Positions 1 to 12,868 of a stretch of DNA of 64,000 nucleotides are shown in pieces. Each line of letters starts with the position of its first letter. Position 1 is the first letter of the stretch. The stretch comes from Octopus vulgaris (lineage: Eukaryota), in contig OX597816.1 in assembly GCA_951406725.2 (NCBI GenBank), forward strand, positions 17,422,001 to 17,486,000, written 5' to 3'. The notes below the pieces were generated by a model. It saw only the letters and a program-made list of their open reading frames with translations, had not been told where the DNA came from and made no database searches. The position numbers and the translations under genes are program-made.

Positions 1-508
1 GTGTATGTGTGTGTGTATATATATATATATATTGTTTTTATCTCTTGATAACAGTCAGGTGCAACTTATGAGAAACAACTATAAGGAAATATTGAGGAAT
101 ATGGTTGTGAGCTGTCTGGATGTTGTTAGAATAAATAAGAATGATGGCTTACATAATGGAATTTTACCGATTATTTTTAGCATTATATTTATCTGTTACT
201 TTTTTTTTTTAGTCTTTTCAAGTATTTGTAAGAACACACTGTCAAGTCATTTTGAATTCTATTGACTATCAAATGTATAGCATTTGAAATGTGAGAGAAG
301 AAATAGAAAAAAAGGTGAAGGAAAGAGAATAGAAAAATGTGAGAGGGAGAGAGACAGAAATAGAGAGTGATGGAGAGAGAGAGAGAGAGAGGGGGGGGAG
401 ATGGGGAAATACAAATGCTTCAAAGAAGGAAAATTGTGTGAAAAATGTGTATTTTTTTATATACGGATGATGCCATTATAGTTATCACAAAAATCTCACT
501 AATCGTTC

Positions 509-540
<32 letters not shown>

Positions 541-546
541 TAATAA

Positions 547-593
<47 letters not shown>

Positions 594-716
594 ATAATAA
601 TAATAATCCTTTCTGCTATACCAGTTGTGTACTGGAGTTGATCTAATGGACTGACCCCCCTCTCCTAAAATTTCGGGCCTTGTGGCTAGAGTGGAAATGA
701 ATAATGTTCATACAAA

Positions 717-932
717 GGTGGCGAGCTGGCAGAATCGTTAGCATGCCAGATAAAACGCTTAGCAGTACTTCGTCAGTCTTTACGTTCTGAGTTCAAACTC
801 CACCGACGTCAACTTTGCTTTTCATCCATTCAGGGGTCAATAAATTAAGTACCAGTTACATACTGGGGTTGATCTAATTGACTGGCCCCTCCCTGAAAAT
901 TTTGGTCCTTGTGCCTAAAGTAGGAAAGACTA
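717..932 (+). mobile_element. SINE family B (GGCGGCGAGCTGGCAG head; Meta/MESC-like central domain)
   Basis: Head ggtggcgagctggcagaatcgttagc, B-box-like gagttcaaactcc, central ctttcatcc..ggggtcaataaattaagtaccag; many copies in the window. Confidence 0.85.
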
Positions 933-1237
933 TTTATCTATTTACATCCACGTGGAATTTGTTTCATATTACATTTAACTACAGTGTAGTTAACTCTGAT
1001 TTTTCTAATGTTGAGTCTATTCATTCTCTTGTATTTTTTTCCTTTCCTTTGTTCCTTTGCTTCTTCTGTTTCATGTGACATTTAAAATAAGATTAGCAGA
1101 GAGGCTTTTATTTATTTATCCATTTTTTGTTTTTGTGAATGAATGTATTACTTACTCTCTAATTAAAGACAATTTCTTTATTAACAAAATCTGATAAACT
1201 TCATTGATCAATTTTTTTGTTTTGCTTAATTATATAT

Positions 1238-1575
1238 ACTCTTTTACTCTTTTACTTGTTTCAGTCATTTGACTGTGGCCATGCTGGAGCACCGCCTTTA
1301 GTCGAACAATTTAACCCCAGGACTCATTCTCTTTTTGCCAAACTGCTAAGTTACGGGGATGTAAACACACCAGTATCAGTTGTCAAGCGATGTTTGGGGG
1401 ATAAACACAGACACACAAACGTATGCACGCACATACATATATATACATATATACGATGGGCTTCTTTCAGTTTCTGTCTACGAAATCCACTCACAAGGCT
1501 ATAGTAAAAGACACTCGGAACCCGGAACCATGTGGTTGGTAAGCAAGGTACTTACCACACAGCCACTCCTACACC
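1238..1575 (-). mobile_element. SINE family A (tRNA-like head, CORE-like domain), internally deleted
   Basis: Reverse complement of the full-length copy at 49039-49453, including the tail gcatggccacagtcaaatgactgaaacaagtaaaagag. Confidence 0.85.
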
Positions 1576-1581
1576 TATATA

Positions 1582-1617
<36 letters not shown>

Positions 1618-1937
1618 TGTATGTACATATGTTAGTGTGCATGCACGTGTGCATTTGTGTCTGTGCCTGTGGGTGTAGTCACAAGCATGGCTATGTGCTT
1701 AAGAAGCTCACTATGTAACCATGTGGTATTGGGTACAGTCACACCACATGGCACTGTAGCCTTGGGTTGACCAATGCCTTGTGGGTGAATTTCGTTCATT
1801 GAAACTGCACAGAAGCTCATCATATATACAATATAGATATATATCGTTTGTAGAAAACATAAATCTCAAGAAGAGGCACACTCTAAGATGTAGAGCAGTA
1901 TATATCAAAATGGTGAAGGCTGGTTTATGGAATTACT

Positions 1938-2057
1938 TTAGGTTTATGGTGTATTGTCAGACCCAAAAACCTGTTGGCCTATAACCGCTTCAAAATATTT
2001 TGAAGGGGGTCATAGGCCAACAGGTTTTGGGCTTTGACCATATACTATAAAGCTAAA
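1938..2057. repeat. Fold-back palindrome, ~60-bp arms, no loop
   Basis: Centre caaaat|attttg; aaacctgttggcctat pairs with ataggccaacaggttt. Confidence 0.85.
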
Positions 2058-2071
2058 CCCTTAATGGATGG

Positions 2072-2879
2072 GAACTCAGAATGTAACGGCAGACGAAATA
2101 CCTATTTCTTTATTACCCACAAGGGGCTAAACATAGAGGGGACAAACAAGGACAGACATAGGTATTAAGTCAATTACATCGACCCCAGTGCATAACTGGT
2201 ACTTAATTTATCGACCCCGAAAGGATGAAAGGCAAAGTCGACTTCAGCTGAATTTGAACTCAGAACATAACGGCAGACGAAATACCGCTAAGCATTTCGT
2301 CCAGCGTGTTAACGATTCTGCCAGCTCGCCGCCTTTTAGTTTCCATTTATCAAATCCCCTCATAAGTCTTTGGACAGTCTGAGGCTATTTTAGAAGACAC
2401 CCCAAGGTGCCACATAGCAGGATTGAACCTGGAACCATCTGGTTATGAAGCAAACTTCATACCTATTTCTTTACTACCCACAAGGAGCTAAACACAGAGA
2501 GGACAAACAAGGACAGACAAACAGATTAAGTCAATTTTATCGACCCCAGAGCGTAACTGGTACTTATGTAATTGACCCTGAAAGGATGAAAGGCAAAGTT
2601 GGCCTCGGCGGAATTTGAACTCAGAACGTAGCGGCAGATGAAATACCTATTTCTTTACTACCAACAAGGGGCTAAACACAGAAAGGACAAACAAGGACAG
2701 ACAAACGGATTAAGTCGATTTTATCGACCCCCAGAGCATAACTGGTACTTATGTAATTGACCCCGAAAGGATGAAAGGCAAAGACGACCTCGGCGGAATT
2801 TGAACTCAGAACATAATGGCAGACGAAATACCGATAAGCATTTCGCCCGGCGTGTTAAAGTTTCTGCCACCTTGCCGCC
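2072..2879 (-). mobile_element. Two SINE-B multimers (2072-2333, 2461-2879), each followed by a duplicated SINE-A segment
   Basis: Repeated units joined at gaaatacc|tatttc; segments 2334-2460 and 2880-3005 are near-identical. Confidence 0.8.
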
Positions 2880-3499
2880 TTTCAGTTTCCATTTATCAAA
2901 TCCCCTCATAAGTCTTTGGACAGTCTGAGGCTATAGTAGAAGACACCCAAGGTGCCACATAGCAGGACTGAACCTGGAACCATCTGGTTGTGAAGCAAAC
3001 TTCTTACCACCCAGCCAATTCTGCGCCCATATATATTCTAAATATTCCTGCTTTTAACTTAACCACAGCCCAATTAATGCTATCTCATCCATTATCATGA
3101 AGATCTGACTTGATAGTCATAATCTATGTAGAATACTTTGCATTTTATTCTATTCAATTCCTGTTCGTCCATTATTCTTTCCTAGTTTGATTTCGACCAA
3201 AGCGCAAAAAAAATATATAAATATTAGTTAATTTTGCAATTAGGTAAATATGCTTAAATTGATACACCCAATAAATAATAGATTTAATTAGCTCTGGAAT
3301 GCCTACCAAATACATGTTAATAACTTGCTACCAAGCGCGTATTTACTATGTTTGCACATTGTGATTTAAAAGGTTGCTTGTAATTATATGCTTGTAAAGA
3401 ATGGGAATGACTTTTTATCTATCAGATGTTTGTTGCTTCTCGTGTGAGTATATATATGTGAGCATGTGTGTATATTTGTGTGTGTGTGTGTGTGTGTGA

Positions 3500-3532
<33 letters not shown>

Positions 3533-3546
3533 TGTATACATATATG

Positions 3547-3580
<34 letters not shown>

Positions 3581-3960
3581 TATGCATATATGTATGTAAA
3601 TATATATATGTGCGCGTATGTATGTGTGTATATGTATGTGCATATGTATGTGTATATGTATGCATGTATATCTCTCTCCCTCTCTCTCTCTGTATAATTA
3701 TATATATATATATATGTATACGTATATACATATATATATTTGTTTATATGCATATATATATATACATATATATATATATGTATGTATGTGTGTATGTATG
3801 TATTTGTATGGTGTTTATTGTATCACTTAATACTTCATTATGATATAAGGTCACACTGCCAATTGTATACATATACACATACATTCATATACAGATAAAT
3901 ACATACACATATTTACTTGCATGTATACCTGCATGTATATATATATATATACAAACATGC

Positions 3961-4036
<76 letters not shown>

Positions 4037-4614
4037 TCATGGATAGAGGGAGAGAGAGGAAGTGAAAAAGAGAGAAAGAGAAGAAGGGCAAAAAAAGCCA
4101 AAATTAGTAAGAAATTAGAGAACAAATGATGCAGGCTGCTGATTTAGTTGTTAGTGTTGTTATAAATATGAACTAGTTACCGAAAGAACTAATAAATTAA
4201 TCCCCTAAAGAACAGGAATGGATAATATCATTTCTAGCAGAAAATAGGCTACCATGTCTAATGGCACAACAGAAAAGCAAAAAAAAACAAAAAAAACCCA
4301 AACAAAATGAAGTTAATTGTGCCATTTTGCTACACCATTTTAGCCAGTCTAGAAAATTATTTTCTGTGTCTGGAGAACAGATTACACACATTTTATAGAC
4401 AGACACATGCAAGAGCTTTCATAATCAATACCTTTGTAGATACGTGTAGGGACGATAGGTCATGGTGAAACCATTCAAAAGATTTACAAATTAACGTACA
4501 CATCTCTGCACACACACAAGCATGCATGCATACATACATACATACATACATACATACATGCATACATACCTACATATATACATACATACATACGTACATA
4601 CATACATACATACA

Positions 4615-4650
<36 letters not shown>

Positions 4651-4725
4651 TATGTATATATATATATACACATACATCATGATGATGATGATGTATGTGT
4701 GTATATATACATATATACATATATG

Positions 4726-4764
<39 letters not shown>

Positions 4765-4796
4765 TTTATTTAAAGCAGCAGAAAATTCAACAAAAC

Positions 4797-4834
4797 CTGT
4801 TACTCTGAGTTTCACGTTGCCGTTCATCGGACAG
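4797..4834 (-). ncRNA. Minimal type-I hammerhead-like motif, CCGATGA core variant
   Basis: Minus strand: ctgt CCGATGA acg-gcaa-cgt GAAA ctc-a-gag TA acag; stems I and II pair, stem III has a 1-nt loop. Confidence 0.7.
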
Positions 4835-4934
4835 TTTTTGCAAGAATAGAACCGATATAATAAAGCATATTACTCTACCACTGGTATTTGAGTACTCTTT
4901 TTTCCACCTTGTTTCACATTTATGTGTTTACTCT

Positions 4935-4981
<47 letters not shown>

Positions 4982-5013
4982 AAACCAGAGGAAATATAAA
5001 AATATAACAAAAG

Positions 5014-5051
5014 CTGTTGCTCAGAGTTTCACGTTCCCGTTTGTCAGACAG
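5014..5051 (-). ncRNA. Degenerate copy of the same hammerhead-like motif
   Basis: Minus strand: ctgt CTGACAA acg-ggaa-cgt GAAA ctc-t-gag CA acag. Confidence 0.6.
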
Positions 5052-5214
5052 GTTTTATATATTTTATATCGAGCGAGGTCGTTGCCAGTGCATATATATA
5101 TCAACGTGTATTTATAGTAAATGTATAATGAAATGTGGAAATTGATGATTTAAAGTCTGTTATCAGCATATTGGCATAGAAATAATTTTTCTTTTGCCCT
5201 TATATATCTATCTA

Positions 5215-5249
<35 letters not shown>

Positions 5250-5284
5250 GTCTCTCTGTCTCTCTCTGTCTGTCTGTCTCTCTC

Positions 5285-5325
<41 letters not shown>

Positions 5326-5400
5326 ATATATATATTAGTGTAAGCACAAAAACGCAAAACAAGGGGGAAAAATAGTACTTGAATACCAGAGACAGAGTAA

Positions 5401-5565
5401 TATGCTTTATTAAAAAGCAGCAAAAATATCACAAAAGCTGTTACTCAGAGTTTCACATTCTCATTCGATGGACAATTTTGTTTAGGAAAAACTGTCCAAT
5501 GAAAGGAAACGTGAAACTCTGAGTAACAGTTTTTGTGATATTTTTGCTACTTTTCAATAAAGTAT
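5401..5565. repeat. Fold-back made of two inverted hammerhead-bearing repeat copies (5438-5475 minus, 5492-5529 plus)
   Basis: caaaaatatcacaaaagctgttactcagagtttcac is mirrored by gtgaaactctgagtaacagtttttgtgatatttttg. Confidence 0.8.
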
Positions 5566-5584
5566 GTATATATGTTCTTTTATT

Positions 5585-5767
5585 CTTTTACTTGCTTCAG
5601 TCATGTGACTGTGGCCATGCCAGAGCACTACCATTAGTTGTACAAATTGGCCCAGCACTTAGTATTTGTAATCCTAGTACTTATTCTATCAGCCTTTTTT
5701 ATTGAACTGCCAAGTTACAGGGACATAAACACACTAACATCGGTTCTGAAGCGACGGTGGGGAGACA

Positions 5768-5799
<32 letters not shown>

Positions 5800-5970
5800 T
5801 CAAATATGATGGGCTTCATTCAGTTTCCATCTACTGAATCCCCTCACAAGGATTTGGTTGGCCTGATGCTTTAGTAGAAGACAGTGACCAAAGATTCCAT
5901 GCAGTGGGACTGAACCTTGAACCATGTGATTGGGAAACAAGCTTCTTACCACATAACCACGATGCACCTA
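5585..5970 (-). mobile_element. SINE family A, diverged
   Basis: Same head, core and tail motifs as 49039-49453. Confidence 0.8.
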
Positions 5971-5977
5971 TACACAG

Positions 5978-6048
<71 letters not shown>

Positions 6049-6049
<1 letters not shown>

Positions 6050-6405
6050 GAGCAAAACGCCAATGGATGGTGATGAGTTGTCAAACATTTAAAACAAATT
6101 TTCTCAAAACAACTTGTCTGACCATCGCATAGGCCTCCCCTTTGACAAACACTGATTTAACCTAAATTTGAGACACCAGCAAAAGACGGATTTCGACTGA
6201 TGTACTTGCACATACAAATGCACGTTCCCACGGCTTTATGGATCGCACTCTCACCTGGAATCAACTTTTGCAATTTTTTCAAGACTTATACAATCCCTGA
6301 TACCGTCGGTATCTACATATCAAATTTGAGCGCAATCAGATGGAGGATGGCCGAGATCCTAGAAGACATACACACAGACAGACAGCACGGATTTTATATA
6401 ATAGA
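6049..6405 (-). mobile_element. Non-autonomous Helitron-like relic (Lep1/HINE-type architecture)
   Basis: Minus strand begins TCTAT and ends CTCG; internal (acag)n tract and caaatttgagcgcaatc motif; class assignment is inference. Confidence 0.45.
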
Positions 6406-6768
6406 TATATGTTAATGGTAAAATTGTGAACTCTTCCAAGAGTTCTCAGGTTTAAATTATATCTTATATTGTATCAGCTCATTGTCATTTCAGTGAGTAA
6501 ATCCTGAACACTTTTGACATTGTTACGTTTATATATTTATTTTGCAAGATTTTTGATGTGAAATCGTGTGTTGAAACAGATATTGTTGTATTTAGGAATG
6601 GTCATTTTGCCAGTTTAGCCAATAAAAACACACACACTAACTAAACATAGACACACATAAAGGTATACGCATGCACAAATGAAGACACATACAATAGGAA
6701 TACAAAATACAAAATGGCTGACCGTTAGTAAGGAGAGACACACAAATAAGAAAGAAGAAAGCAAAGGA

Positions 6769-6808
6769 CCACTGATGAGGTCACAGGAGTGTGATGAAAG
6801 AACTCTGG
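6769..6808 (+). ncRNA. Type-I hammerhead-like motif inside 59-bp inverted repeats (6581-6639 / 6873-6931)
   Basis: cca CTGATGA g gtcac-aggagt-gtgat GAAA gaac TC tgg. Confidence 0.6.
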
Positions 6809-7201
6809 CTGAAATAAGATTAAGATTAATGTAAAAAATAAATAACGCTGAAGCAAAGTAACACCAAATATATAGTGCGTGTGTTTTTATTGGCTAAACT
6901 GGCAAAATGACCATTCCTAAATATGACAATAACATTTGACATTCTATAGTTTTTTGTACGATGCTTTAAACCATAATTTTTCTTTTCTTTTCAAATTTTC
7001 ATTTGTTTCCAATTCATTTGTGTGCTTTGGCTTTATAACAAACCAATAGATAAGAACAATAAGCTCCTGGTAACTGCGAGCAACAGCCTTTCTATAGAAA
7101 CAACATAGCATTTAATCTTGTGTTCTAGATATTTTCAGGAACCATCCATGCAATTATCTGTTGGTTACTGTCACTTTTAGTTATACATTCAAGTACATCA
7201 A

Positions 7202-8022
7202 CATCAAAATAAAAATTCAAATGGAAATTGTAGTTAAGACACCCATGCTGGTGACACGTAAAAAGCACCGTCCGAACGTGGTAGTCACCAGAGCTGCCTG
7301 ACTGGCGTCTGTGTCGGTGACACATAAAAGCACTAACCGATCATGGCTGTTTGACAGCCTCCTCTGGCCCTTGTGCTGGTGGCATGTAAAAAACACCCAC
7401 TACACTCACGGAGTGGTTGGCATTAGGAAGGGCATCCAGCTGTAGAAACACTGCCAGATCAGACTGGAGCCTGGTGCAGCCTCCATGGCTTCCAGCCTCC
7501 TGTCGAACCGTCCAACCCATCAGCGCTGCCTGACTGGCGTTGTGTTGGTGACACGTAAAAGCACCAACCGATCAGGGCCATTTGTCAGCCTGGCCCCTGT
7601 GCCGGTGGCACGTGAAAAACATCCACTACACTCACGGAGCGGTTGGCATTATGAAGGGCATCCAGCTGTAGAAACACTGCCAAATCAGACTAGAGGCTGG
7701 TGCAACCTCCATGGCTTCCAGACCCCGGTCGAACCGTCCAACCCATCAGCGCCGCCTGACTGGCATCTGTGTCGGTGATATGTAAAAGCACTAACCGATC
7801 GGGGTCGTTTGCCAGCCTGCTCTGGCCCTTGTGCCAGTGGCACGTAAAAAACACCCACTACACTCATGGAGTGGTTGGCGTTAGGAAGGGCATCGAGCTG
7901 TAGAAACACTGCCTAATCAGAATAGAGCCTGGTGCAGCCTCCATGGCTTACCAGACTCCGGTCAAACCGTCCAACCCATGCTAGCATGGAAAACGGACGT
8001 TAAATGATGATGATGATGATGA
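7202..8022 (+). mobile_element. SINE-like family C with internal tandem subrepeats and (GAT)n tail
   Basis: Repeated ggcacgtaaaaagcacc modules, ggttggcgttaggaagggcatccagc, tail cccatgctagcatggaaaacggacgttaaatgatgatg. Confidence 0.8.
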
Positions 8023-9124
8023 TTCGTGAAATGATTTGATATTATTTGATCATCGTAATTCTTTTTCCTTGATGTTGCACAAATTTTGTCTCTGGGTTTG
8101 GATTTACTTCTCTCAACCCTATGTTTTCAAGTAACAATGTGTTAGCAGGTTGATAGTAAAGTGTTTGCAACTTTACAACCATTTAATTGCATGTTGTTTT
8201 CATTTGCCTGTCTGTACATGGCACGTTATCTCTTAATATTGTTTTTTCTTTGATTTTCTGACTACATTTGCATTCTGCAAAAAGAATATCAAGATTCAAT
8301 GAAAAACAGGAATTTTCATATTTTCCTTGTTCATATTGATTTAAATTTTCCCCAACATCTAAAAATGGTATTAGAATTTCATGGATGCATATGTTAAAAA
8401 AATTTGTTTAATCTTGCCATGATTTGATGATAATTTTTAAAAGATGAGTTAATTCCCAGCGCTATAATGCATCTAAACCATATCAACATTCCTGGATCCC
8501 CACCATCAATTTATTGCACAAAGCCTTACTGATATAAAAGAAATTATATTTTTGGATTATTCTCTGGCACTTTTTAAGAATTTGTTGTTTTACATTTTCC
8601 TTTTTTTTTTTTATTTATTTATGAAGCCTACCACTTTCCTTTTTTAACTTGTTTCTGTTCTTTCCTTGTTTGTATTTGCAATTTAAAAAATTTTTTTTTT
8701 TGTCATGGAGGTAATTAAAATGCAGACCAGAGCGACAGACTGGCATTTGTGTTTTCTAAAGTAAAATCTGCTTCAATTCCAGGACAGTCTCTGAAAGCCA
8801 AGAGAAATGGAAAAAAAAAGGAAAAGTTTTTTAAAAAAGTGTATAACAATAATGGTATAAAGATTTTAAATGTGTCAAAATTTAGGAAGTTAAAATAAAT
8901 TAATATTTCAGAAAATGAGAATTGTAATGACTAAGATGGATAAAATACAAACTTAAGAATGAAATTGCACCTTTACATACATACATACACACACATACAT
9001 ATGAACATACATATATCTATATATCTATGTCTATCTATCTATATATCTATATCTATATCTATATCTATATAAGAAATATTGAATTTCTAAATCTCTCGTA
9101 GAGACATGTACGGTGGTGGGGGCG

Positions 9125-9395
9125 ATAGAATGGTTGTATACTGTCAATCTAACAAGAACGTGACAGTAGGGGGTACACCACCGCTGTATAGCCCTAGGAA
9201 GCATCGAACGCCTCCTGATAGCTTTGACACATTTTTTCCGGGTGTTTGTCTCCCCTTCGTATATGTATATAAGGACACAGGGAAAAAATGTGTCAAAGCT
9301 ATCAGGAGGCGTTCGATGCTTCCTAGGGCTATACAGCGGTGGTGTACCCCCTACTGTCACGTTCTTGCTAGATTGACAGTATACAACCATTCTAT
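9125..9395. repeat. Near-perfect fold-back, ~115-bp arms, ~41-bp loop, between TA/TCTA tracts
   Basis: 9125-9239 is the reverse complement of 9281-9395 with one mismatch seen; a diverged single copy lies at 59530-59735. Confidence 0.9.
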
Positions 9396-9396
9396 A

Positions 9397-9483
<87 letters not shown>

Positions 9484-9549
9484 CCGCGTGTGTACCGTTG
9501 GCGATGTTTTTTCTCTGGCTTCCCTTCTTTGGATCTTTCCTTTTCCTAT

Positions 9550-9585
9550 GTTTCTGACGAAGAGCTCTGCTTGAAATGTTAAAAC
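9550..9585 (+). ncRNA. Minimal type-I hammerhead-like motif
   Basis: gttt CTGACGA a gagc-tct-gctt GAAA tg TT aaaac. Confidence 0.6.
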
Positions 9586-9832
9586 CCTCCTTCTTTACTT
9601 CCTTCCTGAGCATCCAATAATACTATACTTGTTCCACGTCCTCGCGTTGTTGTGTTTCCTCTTTGTGGATTAACTATATATATATATATATATATACAAA
9701 AAGCAATAAAGATTCAAGTTAATTTAAATGAATTTACTTGAATATGGTACCTAACTTAGATGCACCAAAAAAAACTATACTGTTTTAACAATACAGTAAT
9801 GTGGGGTGATTATAAGCGAGGTGATTATAAGC

Positions 9833-9885
<53 letters not shown>

Positions 9886-10063
9886 TATCAAATTAAATAC
9901 ACAACTGAAAGTGCTACTAATAGTTTCATGCTATTATGACACTCGAACAAGCATATTTATGATATATTCCATGTATTTTAAAGCAGTCTTTGAGGCTCTG
10001 TTCATGCATTATATATATATATATCATCATCATCGTTTAACGTTCGCTTTCCATGCTAGCATG

Positions 10064-10096
<33 letters not shown>

Positions 10097-10160
10097 CTGT
10101 GTGTGTGCATGTGTGATGATGGTGACAATAGATAAATATATATAAATTTTACTCTTAATG

Positions 10161-10239
10161 CACCTGAAGAAAATGTTTCTTTTTTACATGATGTAATTGC
10201 TTTGTTCATCAATAAAGAACGTTTGAAACAGCTGTAGTG
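10161..10239 (+). ncRNA. Type-I hammerhead ribozyme, canonical core
   Basis: cac CTGAAGA aaatgtt...aacgttt GAAA cagctg TA gtg; palindromic stem III ACAGCTGT; GUA cleavage triplet. Confidence 0.8.
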
Positions 10240-10575
10240 AACCTCAGTCAATGTGTGTTATTGTTTTATATATATATATGAATGAAAGTCTTTGCGAAAA
10301 ATTACTTAATACATTTTTTTAGTATAAAAGAGATTTAAAAAAATTATCTATTAAAAATGTTATAAAATCTTTTATTAGGATGTTCGTAACCTTTTTTGGA
10401 AGAAGTTTTTTTCCTAGTGTGTGAGTGCTTTTGATTATATATATATCGTACATGGTTGTACTCAGTCAGTCATTTCACCTGGCTTGGTTTTAGAGTCCTG
10501 CTGCTGATGAGGATCATATATAAACACATGCCTCTGATAAAGTCACTTCTGAAGATACGTTAGTCTTTCTAAAAA

Positions 10576-10865
10576 TCATCATCATCATTGTTTAACGTCT
10601 GTTTTCTATGCTAGCATGGGTTGGACAGTTCGACCGGGGTCTGTGAAGCTAGGAGGCTGCACCAGGCTCCAATCTGATCTGGCAGTGTTTCTACAGCTCG
10701 ATGCTCTTCCTAATGCCAACCATTCCGAGAGTGTAGTGGGTACTTTTTATGTGCCACCAGCACAGGAGACGGTCAGGTGGGCTTAGCATCGATCACGTTC
10801 AGATAGTGCTTTTTATGTGCCACCAGCACAGGAGCCAGTCAGTGGGTACTGGCATTGACCATGTT
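10576..10865 (-). mobile_element. SINE-like family C
   Basis: Reverse complement of the family C tail and body. Confidence 0.8.
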
Positions 10866-11007
10866 ATTAAATAAATATTAAATACAGTATTAATTAATGT
10901 CACCTGGCAAAACAGCAATAACGTTCATACCATACTGTAGTTCCAGGTTGTATCAATCGGTATTTGTCTCCAGGAAATAAATAAAAGAGGAGCAGAAACA
11001 TATAATC

Positions 11008-11259
11008 TGTTGTTGTTTGTTCCTTCTCAAGCCATGCCTGGCTCACAGGGCCAGTTTCCCGGTTTCCTTGGTGTATAGGTTCCCCACCAGGACAGGACGC
11101 CTGCAAGATGCAGGAGGAAAGAGTCAGTAGAAGTTCGCTGAGCCATATGGAGCTTAGGTGTTTCGCTCATAAACACACACATCGCCTGGTCTGAGATTCC
11201 AACCCACAATCCTTCGACCATGAGTCCGCTGCTCTAACCACTAGACCATGTGCCTCCAC
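11008..11259 (-). mobile_element. tRNA-derived SINE, family D-related
   Basis: Minus strand head gtggaggcacatggtctagtggttagagcagcggactc (A box), (caa)n tail. Confidence 0.75.
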
Positions 11260-11379
11260 TTAAATGTATATACATGTAATAATTAAAACCTAGGCTACCC
11301 TGGGTTGTTTTTATGTTAGCCTAAGAATCCAGTAAATTGTTAGGCAACCCTAGGCTGCTTTTATATTAGAAAGAAATAA

Positions 11380-11745
11380 TTTCAAATACCATCCGAACGT
11401 GGCCATTGTCAGCGCTGCCCCGACTGGCCTTGTGCCGGTGGCACGTAAAAAGCACCATCCAATTGTGGCCGTTGCCAGCCTTGCCTGGCCTCCGTGCCGG
11501 TGGTACGTAAAAAGCACCATCCGATCGTGGCCGTTTGCCAGCCTTGTCTGGCACCTGTGCCAGTGGCACATAAAAAGCACCCACTACACCCACGGAGTGG
11601 TTGGCGTTAGGAAGGGCATCCAACCGTAGAAACTCTGCCAGATCAGACTGGGCCTGATGCAGCCTTCTGGTTTCCCAGACCTCAGTTGAACCGTCCAACC
11701 CATGCTAGCATGGAAAGCGGACGCTAAATGATGATGATGATGATG
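11380..11745 (+). mobile_element. SINE-like family C
   Basis: Same modules and (GAT)n tail as 7202-8022. Confidence 0.8.
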
Positions 11746-11870
11746 ACTGTACTGTTGCCTATTTATGTCAAACAATTGATGGCTGACATTGGTGTTACTT
11801 GTTGAGGCTGGTGTAGAAGGAATGCTTGTGGATTTATAAAACTGGCTACATTTAGATTGTATCTATTAAA

Positions 11871-12264
11871 AGTGGAGGTGCAATGGCCTAGTGGTTAGGG
11901 CAGCAGACTCGCGGTCATAAGATCACGGTTTCGATTCCCAGACCAGGCGTTTGTGAGTGTTTATTGAGCGAAAACACCTAAAGCTCCACGAGGCTCCAGC
12001 AGGGGATGGTGGTGATCCCTGCTGTACTCTTTCCCCACAACTTTCTCTCACTCTTACTTCCTGTTTCTGTTGTACCTGTATTTCAAGGGGCCGGCCTTGT
12101 CACTCTCTGTGTCATGCTGAATATCCCCGAGAACTACGTTAAGGGTGCACGTGTCTGTGGAGTGCTCAGCCACTTACACGTTAATTTCACGAGCAGGCTG
12201 TTCCATTGATTCGGATCAACCGGAACCCTCATCGTCGTAACTGACGGAGTGCTTCCATCCATCC
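11871..12264 (+). mobile_element. tRNA-derived SINE family D, full length with TSD
   Basis: A box tggcctagtgg, B box ggtttcgattcc, (ccat)n tail; atctattaaa duplicated at 11861-11870 and 12265-12274. Confidence 0.85.
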
Positions 12265-12833
12265 ATCTATTAAATCCTCTTCCAAGACTTTGGTCAGCCG
12301 ATATGTCTTTTTAAAGCTATTCTCTTTGCTCTCTTTCGGCTTTCAGAAATTGCCCTGCAATTGAAAATACATTCTACTTTAGAAATAGAAATGCTGATTT
12401 GTTCCTCTGGTTTGAATTTTAATTACTATGGTGACAGAAGAGGGAAAAGAAAAGAGTGCAGAGCTTGAAAAACAAAGAGTGAAAAGAAACAAATTAGAAA
12501 AGAAAAGTGGTTTGCTTCATAAAATGCCAAAGAGAATCAACAGGAATTTTAAAAGAATGACAGAATTTATCCGAAAATATAATTTGTAGCTTTGTGAAGA
12601 GAAGAAAGAACTGGTGATGATCCTTGGTGGAGGTATGGGGGATTGTAAGAAGAGATGATGAAGGAATATGGTTGGGAAGAAGGAAGAGGAAATGGAGATG
12701 GGACAGGATTGAGAACAAGGTGAAAGGGTGGGTTATATGAGGGAATTGCCTAAATCTCTCTCTCTGCCTGTCTATCTGTCTGTCTGTCTGCCTGTCAATT
12801 GATCTATCTGTCTGTCTGTCTGTCTGTCTGTCC

Positions 12834-12868
<35 letters not shown>

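Noticed and set aside
4405-4485. Minus-strand CTTTTGA..GAAAgcTC, plus similar partial cores near 15711 and 51462
   Set aside because: Core too degenerate or GAAA half missing; not counted as hammerheads
9031-9483. Near-identical ORFs on both strands
   Set aside because: Consequence of the fold-back palindrome, not two genes
11871-11945. tRNA-like sequence
   Set aside because: It is the head of a SINE with tail and TSD, not a stand-alone tRNA gene
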